Source of the DNA: Candidatus Heimdallarchaeota archaeon | GTDB lineage: Archaea > Asgardarchaeota > Heimdallarchaeia > JABLTI01 | DNA length: 32,000 nucleotides | Direction of reading: 5' to 3' | Assembly (NCBI GenBank): GCA_030614005.1 | Contig: JAUWKS010000021.1 | Location: 1-32,000, forward strand | Shown here: positions 1 to 8,484 of the stretch, one piece after another | Numbering within the stretch: position 1 is the first letter of the stretch | Layout of the letters: every line of letters begins with the position of its first letter | Notes under the pieces: model-generated | Told to the model about the DNA's origin: nothing | The model's input: only the letters and a program-made list of their open reading frames with translations | Databases searched by the model: none | Program-made: the position numbers and the translations under genes

Positions 1-94
1 TAAAAATCAATGAAAAGCTCATAGCGAAACTTTGAATAAAGAAGAAAAAATATTACATATAGTCCATTCCGCTAATCTAATGGAGGAAAACCAA

Positions 95-712
95 ATGTCC
101 AATTTGGATAACGATGAACAAACTGAAGAAACCTTAACATTTGAGAATTTGCAAACGAAAATTGAAATCGGTGGGAAAGAAGTACAATCTGAAGAAATTA
201 CTCCTAAAAAGGCTCTCAAGCATATTCGCACGATTATCGATGAATATGTAGACTATCAGACTGTTCCTAATAGAAGGCAATCTGATATTATCTTCAGAAC
301 CTACATTACCAAGCAAATAAATTCAACAAATGATAAAATGAAACAAGTTCATTCCCTTTTAATTGAGAAACAACAAATGTCTTCTTGGGCGATAGCTGAA
401 CGCTTAATCGATGAGTATGCAGCTTTTTCAGGAGAAGTTGACAAAGGTGATTATGGATTTACCACTTTCTTTGACAATCCTAAATTACTTGAAATGGATA
501 TTTCTCAATTATATTTGATTGATTTTGGGTTAGTTGAATCCCTTAAAATTATGAAACAACGCACTTCAGCTTTTATGAAAGTAATAAATATGGATTATTT
601 CGAAGACATAGATCTGTGGATGGAAACTTTAGATCGTCTAATTGGAAGGGTAGCCAAATTATTTGATGATAGAGCAAAGTTAGTAGGATCATACGAAAGG
701 ATTTCCTACTAA
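95..712 (+). CDS. Conserved hypothetical protein, predicted all-helical
   Basis: ORF 32..712. GGAGG at 82-86 precedes ATG at 95, so I prefer that start. The segment 'DYGFTTFFDNPKL...LYLIDFGL' resembles an uncharacterised prokaryotic family from memory, which I cannot name. Confidence 0.6.
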   Translation: MSNLDNDEQTEETLTFENLQTKIEIGGKEVQSEEITPKKALKHIRTIIDEYVDYQTVPNRRQSDIIFRTYITKQINSTNDKMKQVHSLLIEKQQMSSWAIAERLIDEYAAFSGEVDKGDYGFTTFFDNPKLLEMDISQLYLIDFGLVESLKIMKQRTSAFMKVINMDYFEDIDLWMETLDRLIGRVAKLFDDRAKLVGSYERISY

Positions 713-1030
713 TTATCCCTTATTTTTTATTTCTTCCAAAAGTTTATCTCGAATTGCTTCCTTTGTGACATTGCTTACTTTTACTACTTTGTTTCTTGAT
801 GTATGACCCGCGGTGATTTGAAAATTAGATAAGGAGATATTGAAAAAGTTGGAGAGGAGTTTTAATAGTTCCTTGTTTGCTTTGCCTTTATCAGGCGGAG
901 AGAGAAGTCGAATAAACAAGAAATTTTCTTTAGGTTCAATAACTAATTCTTGCTTTCTGCTATTTGGTTTTACTGCTATTTTCAATAGTATACTTTCGTT
1001 TGTTTCTTGGACGAATTGCCACTCACTCAT
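713..1030 (-). CDS. DUF167/YggU (UPF0235) family protein
   Basis: Motifs 'IAVKPNSRK', 'LLSPPDKGKANKELLKLL' and 'GHTSRNKVV'. The start overlaps the upstream gene's stop by 1 nt (TAATG). Confidence 0.9.
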   Translation of the reverse strand: MSEWQFVQETNESILLKIAVKPNSRKQELVIEPKENFLFIRLLSPPDKGKANKELLKLLSNFFNISLSNFQITAGHTSRNKVVKVSNVTKEAIRDKLLEEIKNKG

Positions 1031-2058
1031 TAATCGAAATCCCTCATCATTTTCTCCGCTCTGCGCAACATTTTAGCTGCATCTTTTGGAGAAGTATGTT
1101 TTGAGTTTTCCACTTTGGTTGATTTTGATAGAACGAATAGGTGTAAATCATCTTCTTCAAGTATATGTTTAATTTTGATGATTTGATCAACGGTAGCTTC
1201 ATCCTTTTTCAAAGGCATCCAGTCGCTAGGTTTTTTCATACGCAGGAAGCAAACAAAGAATGGAAATTTATTCCCCATAGATTCATTTATTGTAATTTGA
1301 ATAGCTAAAGAATCAAAGGAATTTGGAGCGTCTTCGAATTCAATCATAAATCGAACATTGACAGGGAGCATTAGTTCTTCGGATGAATTCGGATCTTTAA
1401 TTTGTTTCAATTGTACTGCTGCTTCTGTAACAAACTCAAAATCATCTAAAAGATCTACTTTGGAAAATTGATAATAAAAAAGAATTTTTCTAAGAATATC
1501 TGGGTTCCAATTTTCAATACGAATGATAAACCAAATTGGGATTAGCAGAAGATAAATATCAAGTAGAAAAATTATTGTTGAAAAATATAAACGATTACTG
1601 AAACCAAGAACTAGTAGATAAATGATTGTTGTTCCAACTATGGCACCGAAAAAGGTCCACTTTCCTTTTGGTTTTGACAAGTCAAAAAATTCTGCGATTG
1701 ATTTTTCCTTTTGTTTTCGCTTGTTGATAATATTAAACACATCTGATAATTGTTTCATAGTAGTGTCTTTCCAAATTGGTGCAATATCATCATCTAATTT
1801 TGGCTCTTCAGAAATATTCATTCGTTCTGGGAAGATAAAAAGGAGTGCAATAATGATTAGAACCAGTCCCACAAAAAATGGAATATAAGAGATAGTTTTC
1901 AATTCATATGGAAAAATCCCATTGATCGGCATAAAAATTTGTAAAATAATACCTGCAATGGCAAAAATAACTGCACTGATTATTCTAATCATTGGTTGGA
2001 TAGTTTTGAATATTCTAAAATCGGTTTTTGTAATATTTAACTCTACCATCACTCGCAC
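1030..2058 (-). CDS. Hypothetical membrane protein (about 4 TM segments plus C-terminal soluble domain)
   Basis: 342-aa ORF with two pairs of hydrophobic segments (about aa 25-78 and 135-180) and a hydrophilic C-terminus. Confidence 0.7.
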   Translation of the reverse strand: MRVMVELNITKTDFRIFKTIQPMIRIISAVIFAIAGIILQIFMPINGIFPYELKTISYIPFFVGLVLIIIALLFIFPERMNISEEPKLDDDIAPIWKDTTMKQLSDVFNIINKRKQKEKSIAEFFDLSKPKGKWTFFGAIVGTTIIYLLVLGFSNRLYFSTIIFLLDIYLLLIPIWFIIRIENWNPDILRKILFYYQFSKVDLLDDFEFVTEAAVQLKQIKDPNSSEELMLPVNVRFMIEFEDAPNSFDSLAIQITINESMGNKFPFFVCFLRMKKPSDWMPLKKDEATVDQIIKIKHILEEDDLHLFVLSKSTKVENSKHTSPKDAAKMLRRAEKMMRDFD

Positions 2059-2138
2059 CTGCTATTCTATACTAACTTATGATTGTGATATTTCAGTTAA
2101 AATTTATTGGGTAAGTTTTATTTTTCATTTTAAAAGAA

Positions 2139-2573
2139 TTATTTGTTTTCTTTTCCATTTTTCTGCAGATATTTTGGTGGAAAAATGAAAATTTTTGTTA
2201 TAAAACTTATTACCCAAAATAGCATTGACATACCAATTATTAGTGAAATGATCCACCAGTGCACATTTACAAAGTAATAGATTATTAGTGAAATAATGCT
2301 TCCAGATATAATTGTTATCAAGATTTCAAGAGTGTTTAGATTAATAAGATAAGTGGAAAACCAACCAAAAACTAACCAGATTATAAGAACGCCAAAAACT
2401 AAATTTTCATTTATTGTGGAAATTACTACAGGAAGTATAGCCATCCCTGTACTAAGTCCTCCTTGAACTATCCCAATACCAAAAGCTTTTGCAGCAGCAA
2501 CTAACCGTTTCTTTCGATTGTTTCTTTTTTCTTCAGATGTATTGAGATTCATATTCATGTAATTGAACTTCAT
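2139..2573 (-). CDS. Hypothetical small membrane protein (about 4 TM)
   Basis: 144-aa ORF, largely hydrophobic with basic termini, co-oriented with the downstream membrane gene. Confidence 0.65.
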   Translation of the reverse strand: MKFNYMNMNLNTSEEKRNNRKKRLVAAAKAFGIGIVQGGLSTGMAILPVVISTINENLVFGVLIIWLVFGWFSTYLINLNTLEILITIISGSIISLIIYYFVNVHWWIISLIIGMSMLFWVISFITKIFIFPPKYLQKNGKENK

Positions 2574-2676
2574 AGTTAAAAATCGTTTTTATAATTCAAC
2601 TTTGAATCAAATATAGAGCGAATATTTTCAATTCTCTTCATAAGAATAACCTAAAATGTCCCAAATCCTAAAATAG

Positions 2677-2684
2677 TTTAAATA
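2677..2684 (+). promoter_or_regulatory. Putative archaeal TATA box for the SMC-like gene
   Basis: TTTAAATA preceded by an A-rich BRE-like segment, about 66 nt upstream of ATG 2751. AGGTGGGG just before the start is SD-like. Confidence 0.4.
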
Positions 2685-2750
2685 GATATATTTCGAAACA
2701 ATTAACATATTGTTAGTATAGGATTAGTAATTAGTACCAGGTGGGGTTGC

Positions 2751-4634
2751 ATGCTACCAATTTTGAAAACCTTGGAATTCTCTAAAATTGTTCCCTTAAG
2801 TGAAAGATCTGTTGAAAAAATTAATTTTCGTGAAGGAATCAACAAATTCCTAGCTGAAAATGGATCTGGAAAAACCACTCTAACAGATTTAATCGAGCAC
2901 TCTCTTGTAAGAGACGCTCATGCTTTTGCGTGGAATGTCTTTTCAAAGAAAAGAGTGGATCGTACAGCTTATGTTAAATCTGAATGGGTTTTTGGCACCG
3001 AAAAAAATTCTATCACTCATGAGTTAACTGATGCAGGTGCAAGAACACGTGTAACTTCCTCAAAATTCTCAAACAAAGCACATACAAAAGATATGTATTC
3101 AGATTTCATTTATTCAAAAACAAACTTGTCTTTGGAGCAAATTCAGAAATTATTTGAAGGAGTATATTATAAACGAGAGAATGATTTGAATCTTTTAGGA
3201 ACACCAGGTAAAGAGAGTTTGATGGATTTCTTTGAGCTATTGAATAAAGCAATTAGAATGGATACTCCAACAACAATTAAACTTCGCAACCAAATTGGTG
3301 AGATAAAACGTCAAATCGATTTAAGAAAAAATAATAAACGCAAGATCGAAGCAACTCTTGAAAAGATGGAAATAATTTTTGCTGGTGCTGATTCTTCAGC
3401 TGATGCTTTAGATAATATTGGTTCTAGAAAAGGTGATTTAGAGCGAAACAATACTCAGTTAAAAGAAGATGCAGAAAAATCACGTAAAGCATCATTAAAT
3501 CTTGAACAAGAGGATCAAGAAATTCTTAATAAGTTAGACAAAGAACAAGAAACATTACTTGAAATTAGAACAAAGCTTGATTCCTTGAAATCTAATAGAT
3601 ATGCTTTACAATCGCATCTAAATAATCTCAATAACGAACTTGATGGTTTCAAAAAACTAGGGAATGTTGATTATTCTTCCATCAAAGAAGCTTGGGAAAA
3701 GAAACAAACCTGTGAGCTTTGTGGAAGCTCAATTTTCAATCATTGGGATGAACGAGTGAAGGAAGGTTGTCCTTCTTGTGGTACATTTTGGAAAAATATT
3801 CCTAAAGCCATCCAAGAATCTATTTCTAATGGGCAAAAAAATATCAGCAAAGAAGCTCGTGACATTCAAACAGAAATTGAGAAAAATGAACTTGAGCTCA
3901 GAACTACTCAAGAAGACATTGAGAAATTAGAGAAAGATGAGAAAAAAATTAATGATTGTTTGAAAAGTTTACGAGAGAAATTAGCTACTAACAATTCTAG
4001 AAGAAGAAAACTTCAATCACAGAATGATGAAATCAATCTGAAAATACAAAGAATTGGTGTTGAACTTGGTAGTTTATCAGCTCAAGAAAAAATGGTAAAT
4101 CAAGATGAAAGTATTGGTTTGCTGAAAGTAAATCTTGAAAAAATCAATGCTGAATTAGAGAATTATAATGCTCAATTGGATAGATATGAACGCGAACTTC
4201 CTGAACAAGAAGAATTACAAGAAATTCTCAACAATTTTACTCGTTCCACAAAAGAAATTTTTGGTTACAGTATGTTAGCTGATACAGATACAAGAGTTAT
4301 AACCATATCAAAAGATGATTCTGAAAGAGATTTCGAAGCTCTGTCATGGTCTGAAAGGTACTTCATTGATGTTGTATTTAGAATATCAGTTTTCAATTTC
4401 CTTATAGAAAACGGTATAATGAAAAAGGGATTCCTTATTCTTGATTCACCAGAAGCTGCTCTTGATCCACATAGATTAGATTTACTTGCGAATTTGATCA
4501 ATAAACACAAGAGCACAATCACTTTCACAATCGCTACTCGGGTAGCCAAATTTTATAATCAATTAGAGGGAAATCCGTTGGAGATTCGAAAACAAACTCA
4601 AACAAGTTTATTCGATTTCATCAGTACCAGTTGA
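2751..4634 (+). CDS. SMC/Rad50-like coiled-coil ATPase with degenerate catalytic motifs
   Basis: Walker A 'AENGSGKTT', long coiled coils flanking two CxxC motifs (CELC 3711-3722, CPSC 3768-3779), signature-like 'LSWSE', and Walker B/D-loop 'LILDSPEAALD'. Confidence 0.85.
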   Translation: MLPILKTLEFSKIVPLSERSVEKINFREGINKFLAENGSGKTTLTDLIEHSLVRDAHAFAWNVFSKKRVDRTAYVKSEWVFGTEKNSITHELTDAGARTRVTSSKFSNKAHTKDMYSDFIYSKTNLSLEQIQKLFEGVYYKRENDLNLLGTPGKESLMDFFELLNKAIRMDTPTTIKLRNQIGEIKRQIDLRKNNKRKIEATLEKMEIIFAGADSSADALDNIGSRKGDLERNNTQLKEDAEKSRKASLNLEQEDQEILNKLDKEQETLLEIRTKLDSLKSNRYALQSHLNNLNNELDGFKKLGNVDYSSIKEAWEKKQTCELCGSSIFNHWDERVKEGCPSCGTFWKNIPKAIQESISNGQKNISKEARDIQTEIEKNELELRTTQEDIEKLEKDEKKINDCLKSLREKLATNNSRRRKLQSQNDEINLKIQRIGVELGSLSAQEKMVNQDESIGLLKVNLEKINAELENYNAQLDRYERELPEQEELQEILNNFTRSTKEIFGYSMLADTDTRVITISKDDSERDFEALSWSERYFIDVVFRISVFNFLIENGIMKKGFLILDSPEAALDPHRLDLLANLINKHKSTITFTIATRVAKFYNQLEGNPLEIRKQTQTSLFDFISTS

Positions 4635-4696
4635 GAAACAATAGGTGAACTAGTAGCTTTCAATTTAAGGAGATAACTATTTCAAGTAGTTTTGGA

Positions 4697-6079
4697 ATGG
4701 TTGTCCAGAAGAAAGGAATGGTTTTTCCAATGAATGTTATAATGAAAAATGAAATTGAACATTATCAAGCAAAACATAAAAAATCAATGGTTCTTTGGAA
4801 AAAAGCAAAGCAACAATTTCCAGCTGGTGTTTCTCATAATATACGAGATTTTCATATGAGTCATTTTGATTTATGTCCACCTTTTATCAAAAAATCATAT
4901 GAAACTAAACTTGTAGACGTTGATGATAATATCTTTACTGATTTTTGGATTGCTCATGGTGGAGCAATCTTAGGACATACTCACCCAGCAGTTATGAAAG
5001 CCATAGAAAACCAACTACCAAATGGAAACCAATATGGAATGGTAAATGAAGTTGCTTTAGAATTAGCTGATAGAATTATTGAAGCCACTCCAAGTGTCCA
5101 AAAACTAAGATTTTGTTCTACTGGTACAGAGGCAACTATGTATGCTTCTCGTCTTGCTCGAGCTTTTTCAGGAAAGAAAAAAATTGCTAAAGTTATTGGA
5201 GGATGGCATGGAGGGAATGACACTCTTTTCTATTATGTTCAGGAAGTAAAACATGGTGTTGAGTCAAAAGGTATCCGAAATCAGAGCGAAGCTGGGATTC
5301 TAAGTTTTGATTATAATGACACACAGGGAGCAATAAAAATTATACGAGAAAACAAGGGAGATTTAGCTGCAGTAGTTATGGAGCCAGTTTTAGGTGCCGG
5401 AGGTGCAATTCCTCCAAAAGAAGGTTTCTTAGAAGCTATTCGCGAAGAAACTGAAAAAAACGATGTCCTATTGATTTATGATGAAATCATCACTGGGTTT
5501 AGATTAGATTACAAATCAGCGCAAGGATATTTTGGTGTTACTCCAGATATAACAACCATGGGAAAAATCGTTGGCGGAGGAGCTCCAATCGGTATTATAG
5601 GAGGACGAGAAGATATTCTTGAGCAAGCTAATTTACAAAAAGGAGGTGAGGTGTGGATAGGCGGAGGAACCTTTTCTGGGAATCCGATAAGCATGGCAGC
5701 AGGAATTGCTACTCTAGATACTTTAAATCAAGGTGGAGAAAAGCTTTATTCTGATTTAAATTCCACCGGAGATAAACTTCGCTCTAAAATTAGAGAGATA
5801 GTTGAACAGAATAATTTACCTGCTTTTGTTACAGGAGTAGGATCAATGATTAGTATTCATTGGTTTAAGGAAAAACAGGAGAATATTGAGAATAGCACAG
5901 CAATCAATGTTTCTCTTGATAAAGAAAAAGTTGCTAATTATCAATTACTAATGCTTAATAGAGAGATCCTTACTCGAGGTGGTCTAGGTTATTTATCTAT
6001 AAAACATACGGAATTAGATGTCGAAAAAGCTTTAAAAGCTATTACTGAAGCTACTAAAATCATTGCAAATAACAAATAA
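4697..6079 (+). CDS. hemL: Class III PLP aminotransferase, glutamate-1-semialdehyde aminomutase (HemL)-like
   Basis: Motifs 'STGTEATM', 'IYDEIITGFR', 'PDITTMGKIVGGGAPIG' (PLP lysine) and 'GGTFSGNPISMAAG'. The true start may be a downstream ATG (4730 or 4742). Confidence 0.7.
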   Translation: MVVQKKGMVFPMNVIMKNEIEHYQAKHKKSMVLWKKAKQQFPAGVSHNIRDFHMSHFDLCPPFIKKSYETKLVDVDDNIFTDFWIAHGGAILGHTHPAVMKAIENQLPNGNQYGMVNEVALELADRIIEATPSVQKLRFCSTGTEATMYASRLARAFSGKKKIAKVIGGWHGGNDTLFYYVQEVKHGVESKGIRNQSEAGILSFDYNDTQGAIKIIRENKGDLAAVVMEPVLGAGGAIPPKEGFLEAIREETEKNDVLLIYDEIITGFRLDYKSAQGYFGVTPDITTMGKIVGGGAPIGIIGGREDILEQANLQKGGEVWIGGGTFSGNPISMAAGIATLDTLNQGGEKLYSDLNSTGDKLRSKIREIVEQNNLPAFVTGVGSMISIHWFKEKQENIENSTAINVSLDKEKVANYQLLMLNREILTRGGLGYLSIKHTELDVEKALKAITEATKIIANNK

Positions 6080-6171
6080 AATGTCGTTATCATCCCAATA
6101 CTTTAAAAATAAAAGTTATGCAAACTAGTTTAATAAGGATTTTTTTGTACAGAGAAGCGAAGTGTGAAGCT

Positions 6172-6759
6172 ATGAGTGATGATGAAGAAATTAAGACAAA
6201 AAATCTCTTGAGAGGAATCAAATCAATCTTAAAAAGAAGAAAATACAAAATTGCCTCTGAAGAACGTTTTGAAAATTATATTGATATTCAATGTGTATTA
6301 GATACTGACGAAAGCCAAGAGATACTTGCTAGAATTTCCTTAGAGGATAAAGTTGGAGTAGCTGTTCTACGTGAATATGTTAAAAAATTAGAAGATATAG
6401 AGGCAGAGAAAGGAAAAGAAAATATTAAAGGATTATTAGTAGCTTCCAATCGATTTACTCATTATGCTCGGCGCGAATCGAAGGAGAAGAATATTTGGAT
6501 AATTACTAGCAAAGATCCAAGATTCGATATCTTTACTCATGAACTAGTTCCAGAACATGTAATTTGTCCAGATGAAGAACTAAAAGACTTATTACTCAAA
6601 TTTAATCTTGAAAGAAGGCAATTACCTAAAATTCTTATCAGCGATCCAGCAGTAAAAGCTATTGGTGCTAAACCAGGGCAAGTTGTCAAAATTTTCCGAG
6701 AAAGTGCTATTTCAAGTGAAACTATTGCTTATCGTCTTGTTGTAAGCAGAGCAAATTAG
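6172..6759 (+). CDS. rpo5: RNA polymerase subunit Rpo5 (RpoH) with RPB5/Mrr-like N-terminal domain
   Basis: C-terminal 'HELVPEH...QLPKILISDPAVKAIGAKPGQVVKIFRES...AYRLVV' is diagnostic. About 115 aa of N-terminal extension contains 'DKVGVAVLREYVKKL'. ORF opens at 6118; I prefer ATG 6172. Confidence 0.9.
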   Translation: MSDDEEIKTKNLLRGIKSILKRRKYKIASEERFENYIDIQCVLDTDESQEILARISLEDKVGVAVLREYVKKLEDIEAEKGKENIKGLLVASNRFTHYARRESKEKNIWIITSKDPRFDIFTHELVPEHVICPDEELKDLLLKFNLERRQLPKILISDPAVKAIGAKPGQVVKIFRESAISSETIAYRLVVSRAN

Positions 6760-6785
6760 TTAGTGCTCTTCTTCAACACTTCAAA

Positions 6786-6830
6786 CTCTTTTTTCTTTAT
6801 TTATCAGTTTTCAGACTTTTTTGTTGCTTT
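6786..6830 (+). terminator. T-rich putative archaeal terminator after rpo5
   Basis: Several oligo-T runs immediately after the stop codon. Confidence 0.4.
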
Positions 6831-7062
6831 TACATCAATTATCCAAAAAGATTTAAACAATAGCTTGACCAATTTCTAATTGAAAGTTAAAATAGGTTCA
6901 ATTAAAAATTGCAAATTAACTCTGCGAAGAATTAGTTTGAATAACTAAGGTAAACCTTTCAAAATATGTAGTAAAATATATCTTGAACGTGTTTAGACTT
7001 AGTTTAAATAGTACATTAGCAATTGAAACTTAATAACTGGTTTACTAAACGAGGAAAATATT

Positions 7063-7242
7063 ATGCCAACAAAAATTGACTTATCAAAGTGCTCAAAATG
7101 CGGTACATGTATAGAAGTCTGTCCAGAAGAAGTTTATGACGAAGCAGATGATGGTGCACCAATTAACGCTCGCAATGACAACTGCACTGATTGCGGTATT
7201 TGTGTTGAAGAGTGCCCAGAAGAATGCATTGAATTAGTCTAA
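7063..7242 (+). CDS. 2[4Fe-4S] dicluster ferredoxin (59 aa, absent from the ORF track)
   Basis: Hand translation: MPTKIDLSKCSKCGTCIEVCPEEVYDEADDGAPINARNDNCTDCGICVEECPEECIELV*. It has two CxxCxxCxxxCP motifs, GAGG SD at 7051-7054 and TTTAAATA at 7003-7010. Confidence 0.95.
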   Translation: MPTKIDLSKCSKCGTCIEVCPEEVYDEADDGAPINARNDNCTDCGICVEECPEECIELV

Positions 7243-7257
7243 GCTCTTTAGAATAGA

Positions 7258-7318
7258 TATCTTTAATTTTTTATTATTTCACTTTCTTTTTATTATTTTA
7301 TTTTTCTTATTTTTCAAT
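7258..7318 (+). terminator. T-rich putative terminator after ferredoxin
   Basis: About 60 nt of almost pure T/A with multiple oligo-T runs directly after the stop. Confidence 0.5.
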
Positions 7319-7409
7319 AGTCTAATTATTCAAAGAATATGCACCAACCAAAAGCTTTTGAAATATCTCTACACAGTTATGATATCCTTTGATAATGAGT
7401 TGAAATTAG

Positions 7410-8318
7410 ATGGAAAATGAGTCTCCCTTCTCCAGTAGTAATACAATCAAACTTTCAAACAATGCTCTAAAAGAATTACTTGAACCCATACCAGAGAAAG
7501 AGCTAATAAATAAAATTGCTAATATCAAAGGTTGGAAAACAAAACGAGTGCCATTAACAGCAAATCAATCAAAAAGCGAATATTTCCTACTGCATGTAGG
7601 AGCAAATATATCCCTATCAGTTTTCCGTGAATTACGAATTATTCGAGAACATACTCTAATTTCAAAATTTAAGTGGAATGTATTCAATTGGGATAAAAGT
7701 TTAGTGCGATATTTTCCTGACAAACTAGAGAAGAAAATTGAAGATGTCATTCAAAATTTGACTACTATGGTCAACTTAGATATTTTATTAGTTGATGAAG
7801 AAACAAAAACGATTTTCCTTTTATTAGAGCAATGGCAAAATCAAATTGTATCTGATACCTTTTTATCAAAAGTTGAAACGAATATTCCAAAATATTTTCG
7901 AGCATATATGTGCTTATCGAAAAAAATGCTCTTGGTTGAAAATAAATCAGAGCAAGCTACAAAGGAATTTGTCAAAATCATTGAACAATCCTTTAATGTT
8001 TCAACAGAAAAAATTCGAATCAACGCAATGATTATACGGGAGTTTGTCAAAAATAATCCTGAAAACTTAACAAGATTAGTTATTCGTGTCCCTCAAGAAG
8101 TAGCAGGGTTTGGAGGGTTATCAGAACTAACGTTACAAGGTACTGATGTTATTGTGGGTTCTAAAGGATTAATGGATCGTCATGAAACCTCACCAATAAA
8201 CGTTGGACCTTGGTCTGGAGTTTCAAATGCTAACACTAGTCTCGACGTAGGAAAACCTGCAAAAGTTTCCACAATTGGAGAAGCAATTAAGCTTTTTGAT
8301 CTTTTGAAAGAAATGTGA
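7410..8318 (+). CDS. Hypothetical protein, candidate CENP-N/Chl4-like
   Basis: 302-aa ORF, clearly coding. The CENP-N/Chl4 resemblance is by eye only (see findings). Confidence 0.45.
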   Translation: MENESPFSSSNTIKLSNNALKELLEPIPEKELINKIANIKGWKTKRVPLTANQSKSEYFLLHVGANISLSVFRELRIIREHTLISKFKWNVFNWDKSLVRYFPDKLEKKIEDVIQNLTTMVNLDILLVDEETKTIFLLLEQWQNQIVSDTFLSKVETNIPKYFRAYMCLSKKMLLVENKSEQATKEFVKIIEQSFNVSTEKIRINAMIIREFVKNNPENLTRLVIRVPQEVAGFGGLSELTLQGTDVIVGSKGLMDRHETSPINVGPWSGVSNANTSLDVGKPAKVSTIGEAIKLFDLLKEM

Positions 8319-8484
8319 GGAACTAATTTGTCGAAATAGAAACTCTTTTTTAGTTTAGTGAGAATAATTGCACCAAAAGTAGTATTATTATTTGGTAATA
8401 ACTACATAATGTATAGATTAAAAACATTTAATTATAGAATAGAAACTTATCAAAAATATCTTAGTGTTAAGGTGGCAAATTAAT

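Noticed and set aside
2751-4634. SMC-like gene as part of a known defence system (Lamassu, Wadjet, Dnd) or as Mre11-Rad50
   Set aside because: No effector, kleisin/KITE, Dnd or Mre11 gene is adjacent in the window.
7349-7360. Perfect palindrome CAAAAGCTTTTG upstream of the 302-aa gene as an operator
   Set aside because: It resembles the common BRE/TATA-type AAAGCTTTT pattern and also occurs within a coding region (about 2481), so there is no evidence for a specific operator.
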